NCBI GenBank assembly: GCA_963662265.2
Contig: CAXXHA010000035.1
Span: 1 to 64,000, forward strand
Reading direction: 5' to 3'
Length of the DNA stretch: 64,000 bases
DNA from: Spirochaetia bacterium
GTDB taxonomy: Bacteria > Spirochaetota > Spirochaetia > CADAEX01
Positions 19,217 through 28,934 of this stretch are shown here, piece after piece; positions within the stretch are counted from its first letter, which is position 1; every line of letters starts with the position of its first letter. Under the pieces are notes generated by a model. That model was not told the origin of the DNA, made no database searches, and saw nothing but the letters and a program-made list of their open reading frames with translations. The translations under genes were made by a program, and so were the position numbers.

Positions 19217-21376
19217 TCAGTAAATTGAGACAATTTCTGCCGCAGGGTAGTAGTGGTTCAGTATCTGCTGATGTGTATATCCTTCGTGAGCCATCCCTGC
19301 CGCACCTGTCTGGCACATACCCACTCCATGTCCCCAGCCGGCACCTGCAAATATAAAATATTCAGGCATGCTGTTCCTGCCGAGTTTCGGCATCATTATG
19401 AACAGGCTGCTTCTCAGGCCTCCCAGGCTTTTCCTTATTTTATCGCCCCTTATAATCTTCTCCCCTGCAGTTCCCTTTATAAGGATTCTTTCGACTCTGC
19501 CGCTTTTTCCCCTGCCTGCAGTTGTAACAGATATAATATCTCCTACGCTGTTTCCTGTCCTTGCCTCTATCTCATCGGCCGGCACAATCAGACGCCACCT
19601 GTAGGAGGACCTGAAATAGTATTTCGGATGGGAGCTGAAGCTTTCAGGTTCTGAAAGTATCCATCTTGCAAGTTCATAGGGCGCCGGAGGTTCTGTTTCA
19701 AAGGAAAGCTGCGGATCTGTTACACCTAAAAGAGGGTATTTCCCCCCCCATACACTTTCTGCAGACTCTGTCCTTCCAGCGGAATTTGCTGAGTAGAAAG
19801 CGTTCAGGTATTTTCCCTCTGCCCTGAGAACAATTCCGCGGGTCTTTTCAACTGCGGAAGTTGTTTTTTCATTTTCGCCGGTAAAGCCTCTGTAGAAATG
19901 GGATTTTATTGATCCTGTTACATCGTATCCCTTTTTCCTGTATTTTCCCCTGTTTGCAAGTGTGTATGACCTTGCAGCTACTGCCTGTGCGCAGAGCGCT
20001 TCCTCGGGCCAGTAGGAGGGTATTTCCGACGGGACGACAGAGTAGAGATATTCCTCAAGCGGCAGTGTGTTTATTACCGTGATCCTTCCCCCTGATGGTT
20101 TCAGTGAGATTGTTCCCCGGTATGACCTGTCCTCTCTTCCGGCAGAGAGGTACCCTGTGCTGTGGACAACATTGAACATCAGTATTGTATCTGAAGGTGA
20201 ATTGCAGGTGATTACAGTATCCCCCTGATGATTCAGGACCGGTTTGCCGTCATCTGAACTTATAAAAATAGTCCTGTATGAAGATGTAATTTTCAGGACC
20301 TGGTTCTGTTTTCCCTCTGCCAGCAGAGTTCCTGATTTATCTGTTATCCTGAAATCTCCGCCCGGTTTTATATGGAGTTCCCTCAGGTTTTCTGCAAGCC
20401 CCACCCGTATTGAAGGCATTTTATCCGGCTCGGGGGTAAATACTTTTGCTTCAGGTACAGAGACAGAAAGTCTGCGTTTTTCTTCAACAGCTTTTTTCGT
20501 ACTTACAATGTCGGGATTGTTCTCCTCAAATCTTTTCAGGAATTCTCCTGTTTCCCTGTCCCACGGCCTGATAGCGGCAGCCCTTTTCAGTGCCGCATGT
20601 CCCTCTGAGAGCCTGCCCCCTGCAAGTATGGTTTTTGCAAGAGTAACCCTTCCTGCAGTCTGGTTCGAATCATTCTTAAGCGCAGTGTTCAGGTTTTTTG
20701 CCGCGAGAGCAAACTCGTTTTTTTCAAAATAAAGCTGTCCCAGGAGCAGGCTGGCTATCGGGAAATACCCCCTTTTAGAGAGAGCTTTTTCAAGCATTTC
20801 CACAGCCTTGTCCCTATTTCCTGTATCAAGCCAGGCAAGGGCTGTGAAAAAAAGTCTTTCACTGATTATTTCATTCTGAAGTTCAGGCGGAGCATTTTCC
20901 TGTTTACTGTATATTCCCTCTTCTGAATTTATCTTTTCAAGATATTCTTCGGAATTGCCTGAGAGAAAAACCGGTAAAAGAGGGTCTTCCCATACTGTGC
21001 CGGGCTTGAGCCTTTCTGAATTTGTTTCTGCCGTATCAGAGATATATGATAATGCTTCTCTGTAATTTCCTGTCTCGAAGAGAAGCATTGCAAGGCTTAA
21101 ACTTGCTTTCCGGTTACCCTTTTCATGTTTCAGAATTGATTTATACATTTCAACAGCTTCTTCAGTCTTTCCGCTGTAGTATAATGCAGATGCATCCCTG
21201 TTTCTTATTTCTCTGGAGTCTGTTTCCGGTATTATACTGCTTGTTGCATCTGAAGAAGTCTTCTCGCCTCCGGCCCTGGCCGGTTCTGCAGATCTGCATC
21301 CTGCACATGATGCGGCAGCTGTGAGTATTATGAGTGTTAAAGAAAGTTTTAATGTAACTTTGATATACTTTTTCAA
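19217..21376 (-). CDS. SpoIID/LytB-domain peptidoglycan hydrolase with TPR repeats, probable lipoprotein
   Basis: Lipobox-like AASC; TPR helices; LPLEEYLYSVVPSE..EALCAQAVAARSY and GWGHGVGMCQTGA..ILNHYYP. Confidence 0.88.
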   Translation of the reverse strand: MKKYIKVTLKLSLTLIILTAAASCAGCRSAEPARAGGEKTSSDATSSIIPETDSREIRNRDASALYYSGKTEEAVEMYKSILKHEKGNRKASLSLAMLLFETGNYREALSYISDTAETNSERLKPGTVWEDPLLPVFLSGNSEEYLEKINSEEGIYSKQENAPPELQNEIISERLFFTALAWLDTGNRDKAVEMLEKALSKRGYFPIASLLLGQLYFEKNEFALAAKNLNTALKNDSNQTAGRVTLAKTILAGGRLSEGHAALKRAAAIRPWDRETGEFLKRFEENNPDIVSTKKAVEEKRRLSVSVPEAKVFTPEPDKMPSIRVGLAENLRELHIKPGGDFRITDKSGTLLAEGKQNQVLKITSSYRTIFISSDDGKPVLNHQGDTVITCNSPSDTILMFNVVHSTGYLSAGREDRSYRGTISLKPSGGRITVINTLPLEEYLYSVVPSEIPSYWPEEALCAQAVAARSYTLANRGKYRKKGYDVTGSIKSHFYRGFTGENEKTTSAVEKTRGIVLRAEGKYLNAFYSANSAGRTESAESVWGGKYPLLGVTDPQLSFETEPPAPYELARWILSEPESFSSHPKYYFRSSYRWRLIVPADEIEARTGNSVGDIISVTTAGRGKSGRVERILIKGTAGEKIIRGDKIRKSLGGLRSSLFIMMPKLGRNSMPEYFIFAGAGWGHGVGMCQTGAAGMAHEGYTHQQILNHYYPAAEIVSIY

Positions 21377-21587
21377 TTTATTGTTATCCTGTAGTAAAAA
21401 TTATGCTTTTTCAGATTATAACATTAATACAAATCACTATCCTTAAAACAGGGTAAAAAAACGAAAAATATTATAGGGGAATCTCTAAGATGCTGTTCAG
21501 TATTTTACAGCTTATTAAATAGAAGTTGAAAAATAACTGATTGGGAATTATTATATTCCATTAACTGATGAAATAACGGAGAAAAGA

Positions 21588-22190
21588 ATGGGAACACATC
21601 TGTATATAGTAAGGCATGGAGAGACTGTCTGGAATACACTGGATAAGATGCAGGGGGTAAAAGACAGCCCTCTTACAGATAAGGGGAGAAGTCATGCCGA
21701 GCGTATGGGGGGGAAGCTTAAAGAACTTGATGCCGATTTTTCAGCCCTCTATACAAGTGATCTTGGAAGAGCATTTGAAACTTCAAGGCTTATCAACAAC
21801 AGCCTTGGACTTGAAATAAAAGAGGATGAGAGGCTCAGGGAAAGAAACATGGGTGTTTTTGAAGGGCACAGCTGGGATTATGTGAGGGAGAATTACAGTG
21901 ATGACTTCCGCCTCCTTGTCTCTGATGATGATTCTTATGAAATTCCGGAAGGGGAAAGCAGGGCTGCCTACAGGGACAAGGTTATTTCTTTCATGGAATA
22001 TATTGCAGAAAGCCATGAAGGGGAAAATGTTCTGGCAGTAACCCACAGGGGATTTATTAATTTTTTCCTGAGAATTATACTGAACATACCTCTGAATGCC
22101 AGAAGCGGACTGAAGATAAATAATGCATCACTCAGTGTGTTTACTCTTTACAAGAAGAGATGGCTGCTTGAGCGGTTCGGTGATATTTAA
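21588..22190 (+). CDS. histidine phosphatase (phosphoglycerate mutase family)
   Basis: RHGET, SDLGRA, LRE, PEGES, VTH. Confidence 0.92.
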   Translation: MGTHLYIVRHGETVWNTLDKMQGVKDSPLTDKGRSHAERMGGKLKELDADFSALYTSDLGRAFETSRLINNSLGLEIKEDERLRERNMGVFEGHSWDYVRENYSDDFRLLVSDDDSYEIPEGESRAAYRDKVISFMEYIAESHEGENVLAVTHRGFINFFLRIILNIPLNARSGLKINNASLSVFTLYKKRWLLERFGDI

Positions 22191-22310
22191 AAGCAGATCA
22201 GCAATATGTTTGCCGGAAACAGCCTGCCCTGATAAAGGCATTATTCTTTTTCACCGGCACTTTTTATGATAATATACGCGGGGAATGTTCCCTGGATATA
22301 AGGAAAAAGT

Positions 22311-22703
22311 ATGTTTTTTATAGGTATATTCGGTATTGATAAGAAAAATGAAGAGATAAAAGCCCTGCATGATACTGTATGCAGGGAATGTTCCTGCAGC
22401 AGCTGTACACTTTACAGGGAATATTACAGATTTCATTTTTTCTTCATTCCGCTTATTACCTGGGGTAAGAAATACCGTGTTGTCTGTGAATCATGCGGCA
22501 CAGTTTTTAACGTTTCTGAAGAAAAAGATTCATACAGCTACTGGGAGCTTAACAATATTCTTTTCAGGGGACATCATACTCAGCCCTGTTATGACGGCAG
22601 GGGTGGCAATGAAGAAACCGGAAGCAGCATTTGCCCCAACTGCGGCGCTGAAGCAGATGTGTCATGGGTATACTGTCCATCCTGCGGGAAGAAGCTTCAG
22701 TAA
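22311..22703 (+). CDS. zinc-ribbon protein
   Basis: CxxC pairs, FHFFFIPL, C-terminal CPNCG..YCPSCGKKL. Confidence 0.8.
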   Translation: MFFIGIFGIDKKNEEIKALHDTVCRECSCSSCTLYREYYRFHFFFIPLITWGKKYRVVCESCGTVFNVSEEKDSYSYWELNNILFRGHHTQPCYDGRGGNEETGSSICPNCGAEADVSWVYCPSCGKKLQ

Positions 22704-22880
22704 ATATTTATAAAAATACCCGTATTATTTAACCTGGGAAAATCAGAAACAGCTTGTGTGTAAGCTGGAAAGAAACAAATAAACTGCAGATACAGTAGCA
22801 GCATGTATAAAGCTGTATATTCTCTCTGTGAATATCTCTCCTGTACAAATGAAGTTTAATTAGTTATTATGGAAGTAATT

Positions 22881-24680
22881 ATGTCAGCAAAAAAAACTCA
22901 ATCCTACGATGAAAGCAAAATTAAAACGCTGAGTTCTCTGGAACATATAAGACTCAGAAGCGGTATGTATATCGGACGCCTGGGCGACGGAAGCAACCAG
23001 GATGACGGGATCTACATACTTTTAAAGGAAGTTATTGATAACAGTATTGATGAATTTATAATGGGACACGGCAAGCGGATACTTATCGATATCAAGGACA
23101 ATCTTGTAAAGGTGCGCGACTTCGGAAGGGGTATTCCCCTTGGTAAGGTTGTAGAATGTGTTTCTGTAATCAATACAGGGGCAAAGTACAACGATGACGT
23201 GTTCCAGTTCAGTGTCGGGCTGAACGGTGTCGGTACAAAGGCTGTAAATGCCCTGTCCTCCCATTTTCGTGTTGTCGCATTCAGGGACGGCAAGTATAAG
23301 GAAGCAATTTTCAGCAAAGGTACTCTTTTGTCTGAAAAGAAAGGGACAACAGCAAAGGAAAAAAACGGGACCTATATAGAATTCACTCCAGACAGTGAGA
23401 TATTCGGGGATTATACATATAACTTTGAATACCTTGAGCAGCGGCTCTGGAATTACGCGTACCTTAACAGGGGACTCACTCTGAAGATGGGTAAGCAGGC
23501 TTTTGTATCAGAGAACGGGCTCCTTGATCTTCTCTATTCGGAAGTAGGGGATGATACATTTTATGATATCATCCATCACAGGGGAGAAAAACTGGAGTTT
23601 GCTTTTTCCCATACAAGGAACTACGGGGAAACTTTTTTCTCGTTTGTAAACGGGCAGTTTACCAGCGACGGGGGTACACACCTGTCAGCTTTCAGGGAAG
23701 GTATTCTGAAAGGTGTTAATGATTATTTCAAGAAAAGCTATACCGGACAGGATGTGCGTGAAGGTATTGCAGGCACAATATCCATCAAGCTGAAAGACCC
23801 TGTTTTCGAGAGCCAGACAAAGAACAAGCTTGGAAATACAGAGGTCAGGAGCTGGATTGTAAATGAGGTGAAATCAGCTGTTGTTGATTTTCTTCACAAG
23901 AACCAGCCCCTCTCAAAGAAACTCGAAGACAAGATTATAAACAATGAAAAGCTCAGGAAAGAACTCAATGTAGTAAAGAAAGAGGCAAAGGAAGCTGCAA
24001 AGAAGATATCGCTTAAGATACCGAAGCTTAAGGACTGCAAGCACCATCTTACTGACGGCGTAAAAGGGGAAAACTCCACAATATTTATTACAGAGGGACA
24101 GTCCGCATCCGGTTCAATTGTAGGGGCAAGGGATGCCTATACACAGGCGATTTTTTCTCTCCGCGGAAAGCCCCAGAACATGTTCGGTAAGAAGAAGGCT
24201 GAAATATATAAAAATGAAGAGCTTTACTACATGATGATGGCTCTCGGAATTGAGAATGATGTTGAAAATCTCAGGTACGGGCGGATTGTTGTTGCGACCG
24301 ATGCGGATAACGATGGTTTTCATATCAGAAACCTTCTGCTTACTTTTTTCCTCAATTACTTTGAAGAGCTTATTGTGGAAAACAGGGTATATATTCTTGA
24401 AACACCTCTTTTCAGAGTCAGAAACAAAAAAGTCACAAAATACTGTTATTCCATAAAAGAAAGGGATGAGGCTATTGGTGAAATTTCCGGAGCCGAAGTT
24501 ACCCGTTTCAAGGGACTCGGTGAGATATCGCCGAAAGAATTCGGCCAGTTTATAGGCGATGATATGAGGCTGCTCAAGGTGAGCATAAAATCACTGAAGA
24601 CAATTCCCGATACTCTTGAATTCTATATGGGTAAAAATACACCTGCGCGTAAACAATATATCATGGAGAACCTTATCTGA
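22881..24680 (+). CDS. parE: DNA topoisomerase IV subunit B
   Basis: EHIRLRSGMYIG, EVIDNSIDE, DFGRGIP, GLNGVG, TOPRIM EGQSA/LRGK/TDADNDG, RFKGLGE; short form; overlaps the parC start. Confidence 0.93.
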   Translation: MSAKKTQSYDESKIKTLSSLEHIRLRSGMYIGRLGDGSNQDDGIYILLKEVIDNSIDEFIMGHGKRILIDIKDNLVKVRDFGRGIPLGKVVECVSVINTGAKYNDDVFQFSVGLNGVGTKAVNALSSHFRVVAFRDGKYKEAIFSKGTLLSEKKGTTAKEKNGTYIEFTPDSEIFGDYTYNFEYLEQRLWNYAYLNRGLTLKMGKQAFVSENGLLDLLYSEVGDDTFYDIIHHRGEKLEFAFSHTRNYGETFFSFVNGQFTSDGGTHLSAFREGILKGVNDYFKKSYTGQDVREGIAGTISIKLKDPVFESQTKNKLGNTEVRSWIVNEVKSAVVDFLHKNQPLSKKLEDKIINNEKLRKELNVVKKEAKEAAKKISLKIPKLKDCKHHLTDGVKGENSTIFITEGQSASGSIVGARDAYTQAIFSLRGKPQNMFGKKKAEIYKNEELYYMMMALGIENDVENLRYGRIVVATDADNDGFHIRNLLLTFFLNYFEELIVENRVYILETPLFRVRNKKVTKYCYSIKERDEAIGEISGAEVTRFKGLGEISPKEFGQFIGDDMRLLKVSIKSLKTIPDTLEFYMGKNTPARKQYIMENLI

Positions 24681-26629
24681 TGACATATATAAAAAATCTA
24701 TTTGATGTGAATTTTCTTGAATATGCTTCGTATGTAATCAAGGAAAGGGCTATTCCTGATATTGAAGACGGGCTGAAACCGGTACAGAGAAGAATTCTGC
24801 ATTCGCTGTTTGAAGTTGATGACGGGAAGTTTCATAAAGTTGCAAATATAGTCGGACACTGCATGAAGTATCATCCGCATGGTGATGCATCCATATATTC
24901 AGCTCTTGTAGTCCTTGCAAACAAGGATCTCTTCATAGATAAACAGGGGAACTTCGGAAACCTCTATACAGGGGACGAGGCATCTGCTGCAAGGTATATT
25001 GAGTGTAGAATACTGCCTCTTGCAAAGGATATTCTCTATAATCCCGAGCTTACAGAATATATCCCTTCGTATGACGGAAGGAATAAGGAGCCTGTCGCTT
25101 TTCCTGCAAAACTTCCTATTCTCCTTGTAATGGGGGCTGAAGGTATTGCTGTCGGTATGTCGACGAAAATTCTGCCTCATAATTTTATTGAGGTTCTCGA
25201 TGCTGTTTCTGCTTCAATAAAAGGTAAAACTGTAAAGCTGTATCCTGATTTCCCGACAGGCGGTTATATTGATGTTTCTGGCTATGATGACGGTAATGGC
25301 AAGGTCCTGGTAAGGGCCAAGCTTGATACTAAAGACAGAAAGAAAATAGTTATAAGGGAACTTCCCTACGGACAGACAAGTGAGAGTCTTATAACTTCCA
25401 TTGAGAATGCTGCAAAAAAGAATAAGCTTAAAATTGCATCAATCAACGACTTTACAACAGATAAAGTTGAGATTGAAATAAAGCTGCCGAGAGGTATCGA
25501 GACAAATGATGTTGTTGATGCTCTCTATGCATTTACAGACTGCGAGATTTCCATATCGGTTAACTTTCTTGTTATAAGAGACGGTAAGCCGTGTCAGATG
25601 TCTGTCAGCGATGTTATCGGGTACAGCGCTGCAAGGCTTATTGATATTCTTACAAAAGAACTGAAGCTTGAGGAAGGAAAACTCAGGGATAAACTTCATG
25701 CAAGGACTCTTGAACAGATTTTTATTGAGGAACGGATCTACAAGAAAATTGAGCAGATGAAGACTCATGACGGTGTTATCAATGCGGTAATCAAGGGATT
25801 TGAGCCTTTCAAAAAGCAGATTAAGCGGGAAGTGACTGTTGAGGATGTGGAGAGGCTTTTAAAAATTCCTATAAGAAGAATTTCTCTTTATGATATTAAT
25901 AAGGCAAAGAAAGAGATGGAGGAAATTAAAGAACGTCTCAAGGAAATCAAATACCATCTTGCCCATATCAAAGAATATGCTCAGGGTTATATTGAGCGTA
26001 TAAAGAATAAGTATACAGAAAGCCTCAGCAGGAATACCGAGATTATCTCCTTTGATAAAGTTGATATAAGGGAAGCTGCCCAGAGAAACCTGAAACTGAG
26101 GTATGACAAGGATTCCGGTTATCTAGGCCATGCTGTAACTACTGGGGATGCGCTGTTTGATGTCTCGACTTATGACAGGGTGCTTGTTATAAGAAACAAC
26201 GGCATCTATTCGTTCATGAATGTTCCTGAAAAAATATTCATAGACAAGGGGATGTTCTACTGCGGTCTGGCAGAGAAGGAAAACCTTTCAGAAACAGTGT
26301 TTACTGTTGTATACAGGAATGAAAAAAACAAGGCTATCTATATCAAGAGATGCAAAATAGAAAAATATATCCTTGATAAGTCATATGAGCTTGTGCCTGA
26401 TAAATGCAAGGTCCTGTTTGTTTATACCGGAGAAAAAGGTGTAGTTAAAGTCAGCTATACTCCAAAGCCCAGGGTCAAGATTCTGGAAGAAGCTTTCAGT
26501 ATAGAGGATTATCTTATCAAGGGGGTTAAGGCTGCCGGTGTGAAACTGACAAGCAAACAGGTCAAATCCTGTAAGCTGGTGACCCGTGTAAGGAAGAACC
26601 TGAAGTCAGATGAGCTGTTTGATGAGTAG
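24680..26629 (+). CDS. parC: DNA topoisomerase IV subunit A
   Basis: DGLKPVQRRI, YHPHGD, AARYIE (catalytic Tyr), GIAVGM, PDFPTGG; short CTD with no GyrA box seen. Confidence 0.93.
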   Translation: MTYIKNLFDVNFLEYASYVIKERAIPDIEDGLKPVQRRILHSLFEVDDGKFHKVANIVGHCMKYHPHGDASIYSALVVLANKDLFIDKQGNFGNLYTGDEASAARYIECRILPLAKDILYNPELTEYIPSYDGRNKEPVAFPAKLPILLVMGAEGIAVGMSTKILPHNFIEVLDAVSASIKGKTVKLYPDFPTGGYIDVSGYDDGNGKVLVRAKLDTKDRKKIVIRELPYGQTSESLITSIENAAKKNKLKIASINDFTTDKVEIEIKLPRGIETNDVVDALYAFTDCEISISVNFLVIRDGKPCQMSVSDVIGYSAARLIDILTKELKLEEGKLRDKLHARTLEQIFIEERIYKKIEQMKTHDGVINAVIKGFEPFKKQIKREVTVEDVERLLKIPIRRISLYDINKAKKEMEEIKERLKEIKYHLAHIKEYAQGYIERIKNKYTESLSRNTEIISFDKVDIREAAQRNLKLRYDKDSGYLGHAVTTGDALFDVSTYDRVLVIRNNGIYSFMNVPEKIFIDKGMFYCGLAEKENLSETVFTVVYRNEKNKAIYIKRCKIEKYILDKSYELVPDKCKVLFVYTGEKGVVKVSYTPKPRVKILEEAFSIEDYLIKGVKAAGVKLTSKQVKSCKLVTRVRKNLKSDELFDE

Positions 26630-26766
26630 AATCTGCAAGATAAAAATCTTTTCTGCAAGCTGTTGATCCGGGTATGTAAGACCCTGAAATCAGAAGAGTT
26701 GTTTGGTTAGTAGAATCAATAAGATAACAATCTGTCCTGCCAGCTGATATCACGGGTCTGAAAGAA
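26567..26766 (+). repeat. degenerate 84-bp tandem repeat of the parC 3' end (about 2.4 copies)
   Basis: Units start at 26567, 26651 and 26735; copies 1 and 2 match at 66/84 with no gaps (hand count). Confidence 0.85.
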
Positions 26767-26992
26767 TGGATTTGTATGATTTAAATTATAGCTATTAGGA
26801 ATAAATTATATTAGAATTTATTTACAGGGACTGCGGAAGGTCAGTTATTTTGATTCTGAATAGAATAACACCTTCCTGACATCATGTATTCCTGCAGTTA
26901 GGGCATTGAGACTCCTGAGTAATTATAATAAATGACAGGATAGGAAATAAAGAAAAAATATTTCTTAATGATATTGGATAACTGGTGTTTCT

Positions 26993-28741
26993 ATGAAAAA
27001 AACAAAAAAGGGATTTCCTTATGATTATTCACCCCTTTTAATTGCAGGGGTATATGTTGTTGTCAGCATTTTATGGATAGTGTATTCAGATAAAGTCGTA
27101 GAAATATTATCTGCCAATTCCAGGCAACTGCTGATACAGCTGCAGACTCTGAAAGGCGGATTCTTTGTTGTTGCGACCGGTATTATGCTTTATTTCCTTA
27201 TCAAGTCGCGTCTTAAAGTAATTAAGCAAAGTGAACATCATTATCGTACTCTTTTTGAATTTGCCGGTGACGGTGTTTTCATCTATTCAAGGTCAGGTAT
27301 TATTGACTGTAATCAGCATGCCCTGAAGCTTTTTGATTGTTCTGATAAGAAAGAAATTATCGGAAAGCATTTTTATGATCTGTCTCCCCCTGTCCAGGCT
27401 GATGGCGGAGATTTTGAAAAATTATGCAGAGAAAAAACAGATAATGCGCTTAAAGGGAATCCCCAGATTTTTGAATGGCAGTACAGGAATTTAAAAGGGG
27501 ATGTGATTACCGGATCGGTAAGTTTTTCCCTTCTGGATGAGGAATCAGGGACACTTGTTGCTATTCTGCATGATATAACGGAGATCAAGCTTATACAGGA
27601 AAAGCTGCAGCACTATCAGAAGATGAAAGTTGTCGGTCAGCTGGCCGGAGGAGTTGCTCACGATTTTAATAATATTTTAAGTGCAATTCTGGGATATGCT
27701 GATATGGCGCTTGATGAGGTTAAAGATGAGAATCCTGTTTCTGAATATATTCAGAATATTCTCAAGGCAGGCAACAGAGCAGAAAAGCTGGTCTCTCAAA
27801 TACTTACTTTCAGCCGCCAGGGTAGTGATGAGAAACGTTCTGTCAGGCTTAAGCCGATTATCCTTGAAGTGCTTGAACTGCTCAAAGCCTCTCTTCCCTC
27901 TACAGTTAAACTTGATTCCCTGCTCTCTGACGACACAATGCCTGTGTTTGCTGATTCCGATAAAATTCATGAAGTGCTGATGAATCTTGCGGCAAATTCT
28001 GTTCATGCAATGGATGAAAAAGGAAAACTGACTTTTGTCCTGTATGAAGAGAAAAATAATTCAATTTTAAAAGGTATAATCGGCCCGGTAAATCCTGGTT
28101 TTTATTCAGTTATTGAAGTACGGGATACCGGGCATGGAATTGAAGATTCGGTATTGTCCAGAATTTTCGATCCTTTTTTTACTACAAAAAGAAATATGAA
28201 AGGAACAGGTTTAGGCCTTTCTGTAGTATACGGTGTAATGCAGTCGCACGGTGGAAATATTCAAATAGAAAGTGTTATTGGGGAAGGAACTGTATTCAGA
28301 CTGTTTTTTCCCAAAACTGACAAAGCTGAAGAAGCGGAAAAACAGAAAGATGAGAATATATCTGAAGGGAACGAACGGATTCTTCTTGTTGATGATGAAG
28401 AAATCCTTGTTGACTTGGGGAAATCAATGCTTTCTTCACTGGGGTATAAAGTTCGGGCTACGACAGACAGTCTTGAAGCGCTTCAGCTGCTTCAGGATTC
28501 TATAAATGATTATGATATACTGATAACCGACCAGACAATGCCCAACCTGACAGGTATTGAACTTGCGGAAAAAATCCATAAAAATAATCCCGGTTTCCCT
28601 ATAATTTTGTGTACTGGTTTCAGTTCCAGGGTGGATGAGGAAAAAGCTGAAAAAGCAGGGTGCAGAGGTTTTTTGAAAAAACCTGCTACGAGGCAGGAAT
28701 TCACAGAGATGATAAGAAATATTTTTGATAGCAAAGAGTAA
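26993..28741 (+). CDS. hybrid sensor histidine kinase (2TM-PAS-HisKA-HATPase-REC)
   Basis: AGGVAHDFNNIL H-box, DTGHG, FDPFFTTK, GTGLGL; REC with ILLVDD, ITDQTMP, KP. Confidence 0.95.
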   Translation: MKKTKKGFPYDYSPLLIAGVYVVVSILWIVYSDKVVEILSANSRQLLIQLQTLKGGFFVVATGIMLYFLIKSRLKVIKQSEHHYRTLFEFAGDGVFIYSRSGIIDCNQHALKLFDCSDKKEIIGKHFYDLSPPVQADGGDFEKLCREKTDNALKGNPQIFEWQYRNLKGDVITGSVSFSLLDEESGTLVAILHDITEIKLIQEKLQHYQKMKVVGQLAGGVAHDFNNILSAILGYADMALDEVKDENPVSEYIQNILKAGNRAEKLVSQILTFSRQGSDEKRSVRLKPIILEVLELLKASLPSTVKLDSLLSDDTMPVFADSDKIHEVLMNLAANSVHAMDEKGKLTFVLYEEKNNSILKGIIGPVNPGFYSVIEVRDTGHGIEDSVLSRIFDPFFTTKRNMKGTGLGLSVVYGVMQSHGGNIQIESVIGEGTVFRLFFPKTDKAEEAEKQKDENISEGNERILLVDDEEILVDLGKSMLSSLGYKVRATTDSLEALQLLQDSINDYDILITDQTMPNLTGIELAEKIHKNNPGFPIILCTGFSSRVDEEKAEKAGCRGFLKKPATRQEFTEMIRNIFDSKE

Positions 28742-28934
28742 TATCAGGAATTTTTAAATATAAGCAACAGAGTGAATCTCTCTTTCTTGTAATTGAATAA
28801 AACATGTTTAAAAAGATTGTCTCAGAAGAACTGCCTGTCAGCTGAACAGCCCGTTGTGAGAGAACAGCAGGCGTTAGCCTGCTTTCATTCTCTGCTTATT
28901 TTCTCTGAATCAAATTCTGAACTTTTTTTATAAA

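Noticed and set aside
26562-26753. 63-aa minus-strand ORF with an internal repeat; also considered as a CRISPR-like array
   Set aside because: The repeat is the antisense reading of the parC tail duplication; units are contiguous with no unique spacers and there are no cas genes
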